64,000 bases of DNA from the human T2T-CHM13v2.0 reference genome, Homo sapiens. Under the pieces are notes generated by a model. The model saw only the letters and a list, made by a program, of their open reading frames with translations, was not told the origin of the DNA and did no database searches. Location: assembly GCF_009914755.1 (NCBI RefSeq), contig NC_060925.1. One strand, 5' to 3'. The translations under genes and the position numbers were made by a program. This document shows positions 30,466 through 44,572 of the stretch, in pieces. The number at the start of each line of letters is the position of its first letter. Position 1 is the stretch's first letter.

Positions 30466-32272
30466 TGCACACGCAAATTTTCCCACCTCCACCATTTCTG
30501 AGTCTTACTATCCTGTAAAACAAGCTAACCTGCTTCTCTAAAAAAATCAAAGTCCTATGGTAAAGTGGTAATTGCAAAAAACAGAAAAGGGTCTTGCCTG
30601 AGAGAGCCCTGTATTTTACTTGCTCATTTTACAGATGAGTAAACTGAAGCCCAGAGGAAAAAAAAATACTTGACAGTTAAATTAATGGCTGAGTTGATAC
30701 TTGTACTAAAATACTGAATCCACACAGCCAGACTCCACATTTTGTGACCCATGATGACACCTCTTCTTTCCATTCTACACATGAGCTTGTGAGTTAGGGA
30801 ACAATTGTTCGCTTATTTTATCAAGGGAGAAACTGACTCTGAGAAGGTAAGTGCCTTGCCCACTACCACTTAGCCAAAGGTAGTTGGTAAGAGAGCCTGG
30901 ACTACAACCCAGCTTTCCACCAGCTAAAGCAGGTCTTTCCAGTACACTAGGATGTCTCCCTCCCCACCCCGCCCCCACTGCAATCCTACAAGGCTCAATG
31001 GGAGCCCTGCCAACTATAGCTAAGTCTGGATTCAGAAACCTGTAATACTGCAAAGCTTCCTTTTATTTAAAAGGGGCCCTCTCTTCTTAGGATGATTGGT
31101 TAATGGTTTTTTCCTCCTCATATTCAGATACTGTAAGGTTGTATATACTTTAAAATCTGACACTCAGGACAAACGCAACTTTTCTTATTAAAGATACTTG
31201 GTAAGCCACAACTTTGAAAAAAGTCTCAAAGCACAACCTCACATTTGAATGGAATCCAGATAGATCCAGTGGAGAGAAAATATTATTCAACAAGGCTGAC
31301 AACTTTAAACAAAGTTGTTGGTAGAACTAACATTATATTTTAGTCATTTAGAATTCTATGCATTTGACAGAAATTGAAAATATGTTTTACTTTTATTACA
31401 CAAGTAATACACACCCAAGGCAGAATAGGCCACACAACTAACAAAATTAAAATCACTTATTAAATACATCAAATTTTTTTTCTTCCCCTATAATGTTTCT
31501 ATTTCAAATTGGGACTACAATACTAATGAGTGAAAAGTTGCAGGTCATCATATCTATTTGATGTGCTGCTATACGGCAGTTACACAGACACTTTGGTGGA
31601 AGACCATGGCAGAAGGAGGCAGAGCTTCGCCTTCACACCCATGCCTGGGTTTGAATCTTGGCTCTAAATAGTTGTACAACCCCGAGAAAGCTACTCGGCT
31701 TCTCTCTCTGAGTCTCACCCTATAAAAACAGAATTAAAATATCTAGTTTATAACATCTTCATGAGAATTCAGTGAGTTTAAAAAGTTCAGTTTTCTTTGC
31801 ACAATTAAAATAAGGGTAAAGCCTTTAGCTGTACTTTCATTCAGTTAATATTCTCAATGTTGTTTTCACACATCATTTGAAATTAAATTTGTGCTTTATT
31901 TTCAGTAGCGGAGTTGGCTTTTTAAGAAATTTGATAAGCACATTCTTTTGAGAAATAAAGGACCCTAATTGTATAATGGACACCAGCTCTCCAATGTATT
32001 ACTTTAGTAAAATGGAACATTTTATTTTTGTTTCTACTTAAAATAGTTAAGATCCATTCAAAAGTAAAACACTGTACCTAACTAGCTATTAAACATCAAC
32101 AACAAGGCATGAAAACTACTGGTAAATTGCTGGGGAACTAGAAGCCATTTCACTCAAAGGTATTTTAACAAGCCAGGAATGACCAACAGAACCCTTGGTT
32201 CTTTAGACTATCAGTACATTTATGCATGTACTAGTAGTGGTGCAATGGTAAGAGAGGCAAGCAATTTTATAC

Positions 32273-32338
32273 CTGATAAATGTTTTCTTCCGTTTCGGGA
32301 TCACGGATTGGCTCGTGTCCAGCCTCAAACACAATGTA
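32273..32338 (-). CDS. DAB1: DAB1 coding exon 8 (66 nt, alternatively spliced), Y200/Y220: YIVFEAGHEPIRDPETEENIYQ
   Basis: Acceptor gctgctcctgtaatag|TAC, donor CAG|gtataa, phase 0-0. Confidence 0.98.
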
Positions 32339-33890
32339 CTATTACAGGAGCAGCCAGAAAGGAAAGGTCAGAGGTGAAAAAGAAGAAAGGTAAAACAAGC
32401 ATTTGGAAATTAAGATACAAATCACAGCGAGCATTAAAGAAGCAGGCACAAGAGAAAACACCTTAAAGACACAACTAAATTATTGAAATAAAATGTACCT
32501 TGTACATTCCTGCCTTTCATAAGGAAAACTGCAGAGGTCTGCTGGTCAGTATTTCAGCAGTGATTGCATCGAGCCTCTGCAGATCTTTCTGGAGATATAA
32601 CCTCTTCATTCAATGGCAATTTGTCTCAGTAATACCTGAATACATTGGTATTGCTCAGTGAGAATGCTATCTCACTGGAATGCCTGGGATCCCAAACTTT
32701 GTAATGTATGGGTTACAGTTGAGGGGCATCCCTTTTTCCCTAAGGTTCAAAATCCTAAACAAACTCTGAAGAGCTCAGAAGCCCCAAATTCCTTTATCCC
32801 ATAAATATCACCTTATTTTGCGTTCTCACTTTTAAATACATTAAATCGATTTTTCCAAGTTCATGTTTTAGGACTGTGACATTTCAAAAAGGCTATTATT
32901 CTTCATTCTGTGCAAGCCAGTGAGCAAGGGGGTGAAGCTCATATTATATACAAATCCTCGGCCCTCAGCATTCTAAAGCAAGAGCACGTCATTACGTGCA
33001 TCTTTGGCTTTTGTTTGCCGTATACATGAGATATTTTTCCACTTCAAGTCATCTACATTATTTTACTTTCATTGTAGCAGTACCAGATTTTTGTGTGAAA
33101 CTAAGCATTTATATAAAATACATATGTGACACACACACACATGCACACACAAAGAACACCTATGCATCCAGTTAGAAGTGTAAGTTCAAGATTTTCCTTT
33201 GTGTTCAATAAGTCATTTTTTGGGCTTCTTTTTCACCTTGGGAATAAGCACAGGGGAGGGAGACGCTGTCTTTTCCCTTTTTTTCTGCATCTCTGTTTGA
33301 ACAGACCACATACTTGACCTCAAGAGAGATCATCTCCCTACCCACCACTGAGCTGCAGATCTTGAAGAGAGTCCAGAGAAAGCTAGGGGCAGAAGTGTCT
33401 TTAGGGTCACTCTTTCCTTCCTCCCAACAGCTCCTATGGCATGAGCCAGGTAATTGGAGGGTCAGCTTGCCCCATCGGGGGTCAGAGAGTCCTCCTCATA
33501 GCCTTTCTAAAGCTTAGAAACCATCCTTTGGGTCTGTGCTAAAATGCTACCAAAATGTCAGCCCCCACCTCTGGTTCTTAACTCAGAGAAGCCACCTCAT
33601 TATTCATATTCTCTCTAATGAACTCAGAATATTCAAGAGACTCTTGAAAACATTCAGCTCTGGGATCAAACTTTTACAGACTGTGAAGGGGGCCGAGGCA
33701 GAGGCAAGAAGGGAGAAGCGGATCTCCAAATCCCAAGATACCGATGCCGGCCAAACTTCTGTTAGTTTTTATGGAAATTTGCTCCTGGAGGGGCTGGCAG
33801 CCCTCACCCTCAGAAATAATCTTGGTCTCTCTCCAGGTTTTGCAGTCAGTGGATTCTTCAGGTTTCTGACAAAATGGCTCTGGCACAGGT

Positions 33891-33935
33891 CTAGTCACTC
33901 TTGAATCTAAAACCCCGACTAGTTTCAGAAATTAC
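33891..33935 (-). CDS. DAB1: Intron-7 read-through C-terminus VISETSRGFRFKSD* (truncated 213-aa DAB1 isoform)
   Basis: In-frame continuation of exon 7: GTA ATT TCT GAA ACT AGT CGG GGT TTT AGA TTC AAG AGT GAC TAG. 199+14 = 213 aa, consistent with my recollection of a catalogued short DAB213 isoform. Confidence 0.7.
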   Translation of the reverse strand, partial: VISETSRGFRFKSD

Positions 33936-33974
33936 CTGGTACACAGGATCTTCAACATCCTCTTCCAATATTGT
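33936..33974 (-). CDS. DAB1: DAB1 coding exon 7 (39 nt, alternatively spliced), Y198: TILEEDVEDPVYQ
   Basis: Acceptor ccttactctgcaatag|ACA, donor CAG|gtaatt, phase 0-0. Confidence 0.97.
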
Positions 33975-34425
33975 CTATTGCAGAGTAAGGAGAGGGAGGG
34001 TGAAAAGCAGAGGACATAAAGGAAGAGATGTGAGACTGCATTCAGAAATTACAGGACAGTAAAGAAACCAGCTCTGGGCAGAAGAGGCTGGTGGGCCATC
34101 AAGGTAGAAAAAACACAAAAAAGTCAAAATCCTTAGAGCCACTCCCACCTCCACCCGCACTGTTAACAACAGCAAAAGCAGTTGTGTTTCTTGGGTCCTC
34201 CACCCCTGAAATCTTTCTCTGGATTCGAGATTTCACTTCATCTAACATGTCTAGAGTTTAAGAGAATAAGGAATAATTTCTAATGGCTTGCTTTGGGTCC
34301 TGTAATTTACACAGGAATCTTTCATCTTCGTTTATTTCTACTTGGCAGCAGGAAGAGAAGGCCTGACTGTCAGTTTTTACATGTGTTTATTTGAAGGCCC
34401 GATCTCCAGCGCAAGGATAAATTCA

Positions 34426-34653
<228 letters not shown>

Positions 34654-35055
34654 CTATTAATCTGAAAGCATTCCATTCTTAATTAATTCTTTGTTTATAC
34701 TGGTTTAGCAAATTGCATCTAGGCTAAAGTTCATTTCTTCAACTAATTATATTTGCAAATTCATAATAATCATAAGCATAAAAGGCATTGCTTTTATTTA
34801 TTAGTGATTTAGAATACAATAAAATTAGGGTAGGCCTTATGCAAAACAGCTATTTGTTTTCTCTTATTTTCTTTTTAAATGAGGCTATGAACGCAAGGAA
34901 ACTTATTTGTATACGGTGCCTCCATCCAGTTTAACCAGAAAGGAAAATAATTAGTCATTAGGAAATACCCATTAGTTAAAAAAAAAAAAAAAAAACAGAA
35001 AAAACTGGATGGGTATGAGCATGTTTCCTTGCTCCAAGGCTGTTTATCTTTTCTA

Positions 35056-35328
<273 letters not shown>

Positions 35329-36659
35329 CTATCAGAGAAAAAAAAGGAAGAACATATTTCAGGGGACTTTCCCTTCGAGCTGTTGATCAATAAGAAATGT
35401 GTTTCAGCTACGTGTGAACAGGCCCGAAGGGCTTTGGAAAAGCTGTTTAGTCCAGATGGAAAGAAAAAGAGCTATGCCTGTCCTTGAGAAATGGAGGCTT
35501 CCCTCTATGGTCTTAATGCTGTGACCAGAGAGAAACATAGGATTGTTCATATGCTGAATAAGCATCTGCAACAGTGGCTTTATTCAGCTTGCTAGAGCCA
35601 GCCAGTTTAATTCAATGGGTAGGCTTCTGTTTGATCGTTTTACATGACACATCCCAGTCCAACTTTTGTATTGATATTTAATTTACTTAAATACTCGGGG
35701 ACCGTGTGTGCTGTGGTGGAGGAGCTACACTACACAACTCCAGGGAGTATTATTAACATTCATAGAACTATAGATGTGCATGGTGACAACACTTTTCCAG
35801 CTGATGGTGATAGAGTGTGTTGAGGAATAAATGCCTTTCTCTGTTTTGCCCAAAGTCACCACTGGGGGTAGAGGCGGGGCTATGCATATCTCAGGCTTTT
35901 CATTGGTAGATCTCTCTGCCTGCAACATCAACTCTTTTTATCCACTTGCCCAAATCCTCTTTCTCTTTCAATGGCCATATGAAATAGTACCACCTGAGTG
36001 AAACTTCCTCTGAACAAGGCATGCCTTCTGTCTCCCTGGAGAAATAATTCCACCCTCATTTGTGTATCTGTAGAACTTTACTTTCTAATGACACTGAACT
36101 GATGAATTCCTCCAATGTTCGTGCCTGGAACGAACTTCCTTACTCTCACAGGTCTTCCTTCTCTGATATATTTACATGATTCCTTGTCTGTCTTTCCCAC
36201 CCGGTTCTGTCTTCCTTATCTCTGTCATCCTAGCACCTTGCACTATGCCTGGCCTATAGTTGTTGAACTAAAGTAAACTGAGATTGATAATTAGTAATTT
36301 GAAAATCTTTTATAATTCACCTTCATGCCTTCATTATCTGAGCTTCAACAAATAATGTTCACCATCCTATTGGGTAATGGTGATCTTAACGGTTATTTTC
36401 CTATACTAAACCTACTTGAAACAATCCTCATTCAACAGTACTCTGTAAAGGCTTATATATTCATCTGGGTGCTTATGGTATGTTTAAAGTCCTTATAAAG
36501 AGCCTTTTCATTATACTGGGTATCAGGAGGCCTGAATTCCAGCTACTGTGTAAACACAAGGCACCCACTGTACCCCTGTGTACCTCAAGTTTAACCCTCT
36601 AGTAAATGGGAGGTATGTACCAGATCAATGGGTCATAAGCCAAAGCCCTAGATCCTTAG

Positions 36660-37105
<446 letters not shown>

Positions 37106-39764
37106 TAGTGTTGCTAATATTCCTTAGCTCATATTTGAGTATATTCTCTTACTGGCACTTAGTTATGGTTTAAATAGTCCAAATAGGAAAATGGATGATT
37201 ACAAATGCAGTTTTTTTGGTAGACAGATTCTTCCCCATTACTGAGTCCATGGAGGGAGAGAGAAAATTATGAAAACATTGGGAACCACTGGAGTAGATAC
37301 TCTCTAAGCTCTTATTCCATCTTCCCAAATCCTTTTAAGCCATTAGGACCACTCACTACAAAACCAGCCTCCTGGCACAGTGGGCCTCTGGATTTCACGA
37401 TGGTCATCGCCGTAGTTCTAGACCACTGATCTTCTAAAATGTCCATCCCTTGGCCGGATGCAATCTTTCCAGGCATTTGACCTTATAAATCATTTGTGGC
37501 AGCAGAATTTTCTGACTTACCTTAAACTTCCAGGGTCTGATCATTCACTAACCTCTCTGACTACTCTTAGAACTCTCTCTATGGCTTCACACTTGCCCAG
37601 GCTGCCCACTGGCCACTGGATATCATGCTTAAATGGTAGTATGACTGCTCAGTTACCCTAGTCCCTCCAGTGGCAATAAAACGAATGTATAAGTCTAATG
37701 GTTTTTGACACAAATAAGTTGGCAGAGAAGGACATATTTGCTAGCAAAATAATTAGGACCCATTAATTTTTGTTTTATTAAGAGGACATATTTAGCTAGC
37801 AGAGGAAAATTGCTCAAACTGTGGTAGCTTTTTCACGGTGTTAATGATGTAAAATTGATGAGATTTACATTCGCACAACATGGGGGCATTGATTTATAGG
37901 CTTTTGTGCGCTAAAATGGTAGGCAGCAGGGAAAAGTGGGAGACAAAGATGTTCTTCTCTTCCTTTCCTAAAAGTATCTCTCTCGCTGCATAATGTGGAG
38001 AATGTTATCCACGTTTCCTATTAAATCAAAGTTTGATGACAGTGCCTTATTGATTGCCAAGTAGAACATTGCTCTAAAATTAAGCTGCGATTAGAAGTCT
38101 TCCTGGTGGAATTAGATTTGGAGATGATTGTGCAATGGTAAAATATCACCTACCAGGCAAGACAGCAGATGGAGATGTTTTAATTTATCTGGGAATCCTC
38201 ATTAAGTGTTTTAAAATCAAAACATTTTTAATGCCTGATGATACCTAATACTGTCTTGCAGAGTGTAGCTGTGTGTGTGAGCGTGAAGTGCTTAAAGATA
38301 TTTGTAACATTATTCTCTCTCATAGTTAATTTTATGACATGTTAAAAAGGATTGCTCTGAACGTGTCTCATTCATTCGGAAATAAGAGTCAGTGAGGGGC
38401 TATGTCTTCCCTCTCTGCAACCTTAACCATGCAGACGTAACATAGATACTTAGAAATACAAATACATTAGAATTCTGCTAATCCTACAATTGCATTATCA
38501 CATTCGCTTTAGAAACTTAGAGTATCATGCAAATTCTTGTTCACTGAGCCTCAAGATTGCCCCATGTCTTCAAGTAGACTTTATCAGCACAATCAAAGAC
38601 AGTTGGAATCTTAAACATCAATCCTGAGTTTATTCATGAAGGGAGTGAAGGTCAGAGATTGAAACGCCAGGACCAATACTAAACCCAGGTGTTTTTCCTA
38701 CTCAGGATGACAAAGCATTGAAAAAAGAAAACTAGATTACACAGAATCAAAGTCTCCTTTCCTTAGACTTTTGGCTCCCTCAACCAACAACAAAAAGATG
38801 ATCCCTTGATAAGCTGGGATGAGGAAGGCAAGGGAAGAAGAGAACTGGGTAAGGGGAGAAAACTGAGAATGTTCTGGATTCAGGCAGGTATCTGAGATCA
38901 GGGAGGGTCATAAATCAGAGGGCTTGGGGTAAAGGCTGGCCACTGGGCTCTCAAAGAAAAAGGTCAAGACAGCATGGCCCTGAAGTTTACTCTCAGGAAT
39001 TGGCTGTCTCTGGCACCTGTTGAGCAGCCAGAGGCAGAAAGGTGAGGCACAGCCCATGGTCCTAGGGCATAAGAACTGCTCCATCCCAGGAGTGCTTCTG
39101 CAGTCAGTTCCTGGGGCCTTGCAGGTAGTTCCGGAGGTGGCTGGGAGAACAGCCAGAGAATACCGGCCGGAGTGGGAGGCAGAGGGTGAAGGAAAGGCAG
39201 ATGCTGGTTGCCCTCTTCCACATTTCCTTTTGAAAACCGTTATTGTCTTGGGAAAACTTAGTCTAGATATTAAACTACTGCCAAAATCAAAGCAGGTATT
39301 TGTCTTAAAAGTAGAGCCTTCAGGAACACCCTAGCTCTCTGCCACAGCTTTATGTATTCTCCCCATCCTGAACTCTTCTTTGCATCATGGATAAAAGTTG
39401 TCACTAGAGAATTTCAAGGACAATCCAGGTATCAATGTCCTCAATCCAATCTGACCTTCCTATGCATGAACTTCAGGTCACCTGTGCTGCAAATAATCTG
39501 AGGAGCTCATTACTCTCCCTTTGAATTTTGTGCTTTCCCACTTCTGTGCTATTGCTCACATGGTTTTCTCTGCAGATGCCCTGGCCTGCGCTTCATCAGC
39601 TCAGAGAACTATAGTGTACCTATGACGGAAGGCATAGCTCTGACATGTTGCCCATCCAAGGAACCTACCTTGATACCCCATTTCCCTGAGTAATAATTCC
39701 CATCCCTAGATCTCACTGCATTATATTTGTCCTTCTACACAGGATGCTTTGCACTTCTTTCGCA

Positions 39765-40150
39765 TTTATCCATTCATCCAGTTACTCACAGCATGTGTAC
39801 TTATTGAGTGCCTATTATGTTGCTGGTCTCCTGCTATGTGCTATGGCTACACAGATGAATAAAACACAGTCCCTTCTTCAAGGAGTTCACAATCTCATAA
39901 AACAGGTAGGCAAAGAAACTAGCAATCACAATATAATACAACAAGCTTTATATTAAAAGTGTGCCCAGTGTGTCACATAGGCTTGGGGCAGGAATGGGCG
40001 AAGGGCATCAAAGAAGGCTTGACAAAGGGGGTGACCTTGAATTGAGGCTCCAAGGATAGATGGGAAGTCTCCAGAAAATAAGGAAGAAAGGGCATTTTAG
40101 GCAGAAAGAACTGAATGTGTGAAGGCAGCTAGGTTCTGAGAACAGGACCT
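39765..40150 (-). mobile_element. L2 3' portion
   Basis: ttattgagtgcctattatgttg...gatgaataaaacacagtcccttcttcaaggagttcacaatc...gggcattttaggcagaaagaac. Confidence 0.7.
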
Positions 40151-41384
40151 TGTGGAGAACATCTATGCACATGTTTTCTCTCTCTCCTTCAGGAATGTTA
40201 GGCCCTTCAGAGAAAGATCCATGTCTGGTTCTTCTCAATCTTACCCCCGCTCCTAATACTGCACCTTCTGAACAGTAAGTGTTACATAATATTTCAGGAA
40301 GGCAGGCAGGGAGGAAGAAAGAAAGGAAGTACAGGATGAAGGAAATGAATGGGGAGGAAGAAAAGAAAGAAAGACCAAGTCACCTTAAGATAAGCCCTAC
40401 ATATGGTGGATGCTCAATACATGTTCAATGAATAAATGATTCAGGTTAATTCATAACATTTCACACAGGATTCATTCTGTGAACAGAGAATTTCTTATCT
40501 GATCATCATTAAATCTTTTTTTCTTTGTATTTCCATGAGCCATTTACCAGTGTTTAAATGAAGTATCAAATTGTTTGGAGGGTTACTGTCTGACAGAATA
40601 AATTACAGAGAAGACTTAATTTGTAGTATGGTTCAATACAGCCAATTAAATACAGTATGGATTAGAAAGTCATCTGCTGAAGATTTTACCATTAGTTTTT
40701 TTTTAAAGAATAAATTCTATCCTATTTAGCCTTCATATTATTAGTATGTGTGTGTATGTGTGTGTGTGAGAGTGTGTGCTTTCCCGAGGCAATACTATTC
40801 ACAGGAAAAATACCCAACAGAAATCAAGTGAGTTAACAACAAAACAAAAAAGCAGAAAAGCAGAGAGACACAGAATAAAAATAGATACATGAAAAAACAC
40901 TACTTCACACTACAAGCAATTACAGTAGTTAAAACCTCACAAGACAAAGGGAGGCCCAGGCTCATTACAAAGGCCTTTCTCTTTTCTAACATATTTTTGG
41001 ATGTGCTTGCTACATCACGGTGCCAATGAGGCAACCTCTGCACCAGCCCCCAGGCAACCCATCATCAAACACTCAATGGAGTGGGTCAGAGTGAAGTGCT
41101 CCCTGGGTTGGCATCCTGAAATCTTCTAGAAGTTTCTACTCAAGGACAAGACCAGATTTCCAAATAACGTAGTCTCTCGCTGAAGAGGTGGTGTGATAAT
41201 GGAGGAAAGATATGGACTGTGGAATCAGAAGAAATGCAATTCACATCCAAGCTCTACCATTTACTAGATGTGTAGCTTTGCACACATCACTCTAACTTTC
41301 TGAGACTTCTTTTCTCTTTTTGTATAATACAAAGAATGATATGGGAACCCAAAATGCTATTGGAAATATTAAATTGATTCATAT

Positions 41385-42170
41385 AACATATATGAAATGA
41401 GATACCATTTTTGCCACCAGAATGAAAAAAACAGAAAAGATAATACCCAATATTGACCAAAGTGTGATGAAACAGGTATCTTCTTGGGCTACTGGTCTGC
41501 TACATGTAACATAAGTATGATAATAGTATCTCTCTCATGGTGTTGTTATGAGGATGAATAAATTAATATATGTAAAGTGACCAGAACAGTGCAAGGCACA
41601 TTTATAAAGGTTGGTACCTGTCAGCCATTATAGGTGTTTTGTTATTGGTGGAAGTGTGATTTGGTGCAACTTCTCTGGAAGGCTGCTTGGCAGTATGTTT
41701 CAGAGCTTTAAAGATGTGCATACGCCGGCTCTATGATTCTTCTTTAATTACTTATCCAGAAAGAATGTAATATCTGGGCAAAAACTTGAGTACAAAATAT
41801 TCCCTGCAGTGCTGTTAGGATGGTGAAAAGTTAGAAATGTCCAAAAATGTTGAGCATTAGCTGACTGGCTGAAGAAAATGGATTTGCTATAAGATGAAAT
41901 AGCAAGCAGTACCGAAAAAATGATCTTGTGGAAGTGGTATTTTTTGCTTTGAAGATATATTCACAACATCCTGTTGAGTGAAAAAAGCATATTACAAAAT
42001 ACTATGTTCAATATGATCCTGTTTTTGAAAAAATGTACACATATCCATATATGTGTACATAACAAGAGTTCTCTCTTGAGTGGTGGAATTACTAGTAATT
42101 TTCTTCTTATTTATGCTAATTTTTGCTACAATCAAAATGCTGTTTAATAAGATGGTTTTTTCTTTCATAT
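41385..42170 (+). mobile_element. Old L1M (L1ME-like) 3' UTR fragment, interrupted by a MIR piece (~41500-41640)
   Basis: aaatgagataccattttt...gataatacccaatattgacc...ggtgcaacttctctggaagg...ggcagtatg...gttgagtgaaaaaagcatattacaaaatactatg. Confidence 0.65.
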
Positions 42171-42189
42171 TCGAATTTAATGCCTGCAC

Positions 42190-42940
42190 CGTCACTAACC
42201 CTCCTTGAGCCCATTCAGTCTCCCTCATTCTTATCCCCCAAAAACAAGTCCATCTTGTCAATTTCACCTTCCAAGTACCTTTTGCTTGTCCACTCCTCTC
42301 CATCTCCACCAGCAGATGCCAGGTCACACAGCTATCATTTCCTGCCTGGATTACCGCAGTATCCTCAGTCCTTCCTCATCCACTTATGCTGGCCTCTCCT
42401 CTGACAGTCACACCACAGGATGAAGAGATTGAGAAGAAAACCTGGCAAATCTGATACATCTTTCTAGTACTTAAAACACAGCAAAAGCTTCCCATGGCTC
42501 TTAGGATAAAGACCAAAATACTTGCCAGGGCCTGCAGAGCCCCCTGTAGGACCTGGCTGCTTCCCCATGCTGACTCACTACAGGCCCCCTTGTTCCCCAC
42601 CACCTTGGTGTTTTACAGTCTCTCAAATGCACCACGCTCAGGTTTTTGCATATGCTGTTCCAGTTGCCTAGAAAGCTCAACTCCTTTCTCCCATTCAGAC
42701 CTCAGCAGAGATGTCTCTTCTCTTTGCAAGTTTCCCTGACCTTCCAGCGCAGACCAGGTTCCCATGACGCAAGTCCTCTCTACTTCCTCGACTTTTCCAC
42801 TGGGAGTGGGAGAGACCCCTCAGTTTGCCATTATGTATGGGGATGAATTGATCAGTGTCTGCCTCCGCCACTAGAGGCAGCAGCAGCATTTTCTTTTCTT
42901 ATCCTAAGCATCAAGTACAGTGCCTGATGTATACAATAAG
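42190..42940 (+). mobile_element. L2 relic
   Basis: aaatctgatacatc...ttaaaacacagcaaaagcttcccatggctcttaggataaagaccaaaatac...agtacagtgcctgatgtatac. Confidence 0.65.
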
Positions 42941-42958
42941 GGTTTTGTACATCTATGA

Positions 42959-43193
42959 TTTTACTGTTATAGTAAAATATATATAACATACAATTTATCA
43001 TTACCATTTGAACCATTTTTAAGTATTCAGTAATGTGGCATTAAGCACATTCACATTGTTCTGCAACTATCACTGCCATTTATCTCCAGAAAATTTTTGT
43101 CTTCCCAAACTCATGCTACCATTAAACAACTTCCCATTCCCTACTCCTCCCAGCCCCTGGCAACTGTCACTCTCCTTTATCTCTATAAATTTG
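42959..43193 (-). mobile_element. L1MB-like 3' end
   Basis: gtaaaatatatataacata...aaccatttttaagt...gtggcattaagcacattcacattgttctgcaactatcac...cccagcccctggcaac. Confidence 0.8.
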
Positions 43194-43650
43194 TCAGTAA
43201 ACATTTTTATGAATGAATCTGTCAGCAGGATCCTGTGTCCAGGTCTCTCTCTGAACTCCACTGACTCCCTATCCGTTTTCCTCTCTAAGCCTTTGTTTCA
43301 CCAACAATTAAAACGAGGAGGTGGAATTCAGTAAATACTCATGTCCTCTTTTGTTCTTAAAATTTCATTAATTTCTTTTAAATTTTCATAACTAGACAAC
43401 AGCTATAAAAAGTCAGCTTCTTCTTCTTAGCAGCTCTCTAAACATATGCTATACACACACCAGTCTAGAAAGATGTGCATGAATTCATTGCCTAAATATA
43501 GGGAGATGCACTAGTTAACCAGCTGAGGGTATTCCAGACCTGTGAGTTGGGCTTAAATTTGTCTAACAGGCAAAGTGGAGCCAGGTGTGTTTAATCAATT
43601 AGCAATCACCAAAGTGACAACGAAGCATATTTTGTTAAAGAGAAGTTACA

Positions 43651-43690
43651 ACACACACACACACACACACGCACACACACACACACACAC
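43651..43690. repeat. (AC)20 microsatellite with one interruption
   Basis: Seen directly. Confidence 0.95.
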
Positions 43691-44389
43691 CTTAAATAAG
43701 GAAAATTGCTTCAGTGTTAGTTTCCTAACACTGGGGTTCAACTAAAATCTATGTCCTGTGATTAAGGATGTGGCTACGTATAATCACAGTTGGTAGCGGG
43801 ATAGAATAACTGTTCTGTCTCATTCAACTCACATTCATTCCCCAAAAGCCCTTAGGTGCTAAGGTGCACTAGGTTCTGGAGACACTAAGATGAGTAGGAT
43901 GCAGTCCTGGCTCTCTAAAGCTGGCACTACATGTGCATACATGGAAGTTCGGAGCTCCTTATTTTACTAAACATATAGTTTGTATATTGTGCTGTCCTGT
44001 CCCCATTTCCAGAAGGCATGTACTGTATATAGAAGGATTTGAATCCTTCCATGGCTTTGTGGCCATGAACAAGTCACCTTATTTCACTGAGGCTCAGTTT
44101 CTTCATCTGTAAAATGGGAATGATTCCTTTCTCATAGGGATATAAGGAAGATCACTTAACATGTCTAGCAGAGCATCTGGTAGATGGTAGGCTCTTTGCA
44201 CTTTGGGTCTTTTCCCTGGCAACTGAGTTTAAGGTTCTCAATCTAATGACTACATAATTTAGTGTTCAAGCACCAACAGTAGTTTCCTCAGATGAGGACT
44301 TCCTTGGAGCTCACAAGATAATGGTCTTGCAGTGGCTAGAGGATGATAAGAAAAGGAAACACTTCGAAATCAAGTCATCAGAAAAAGAA

Positions 44390-44572
44390 AAGAGCTAAAA
44401 GTTAGAGTTTCAAGCTTTATGATGTCATCTGAGAACCTGGATTCTCTCAGGTTGGATTTTCATTTAATCCTGTAATTTCTAGTTACATAAATAAATTCCT
44501 TTTGTTGGTCGCTTAAGACTTTTTGAGGTGAGTTTTCCATCGCTTGCAACTGAGAGATTTCTGAACAATATA
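44390..44572 (+). mobile_element. Old MLT1 (J/K/L-type) LTR 3' part
   Basis: gatgtcatctgagaacctggat...agttacataaataaattccttttg...gagttttccatcgcttgcaactgagagatttctgaacaata. Confidence 0.55.
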
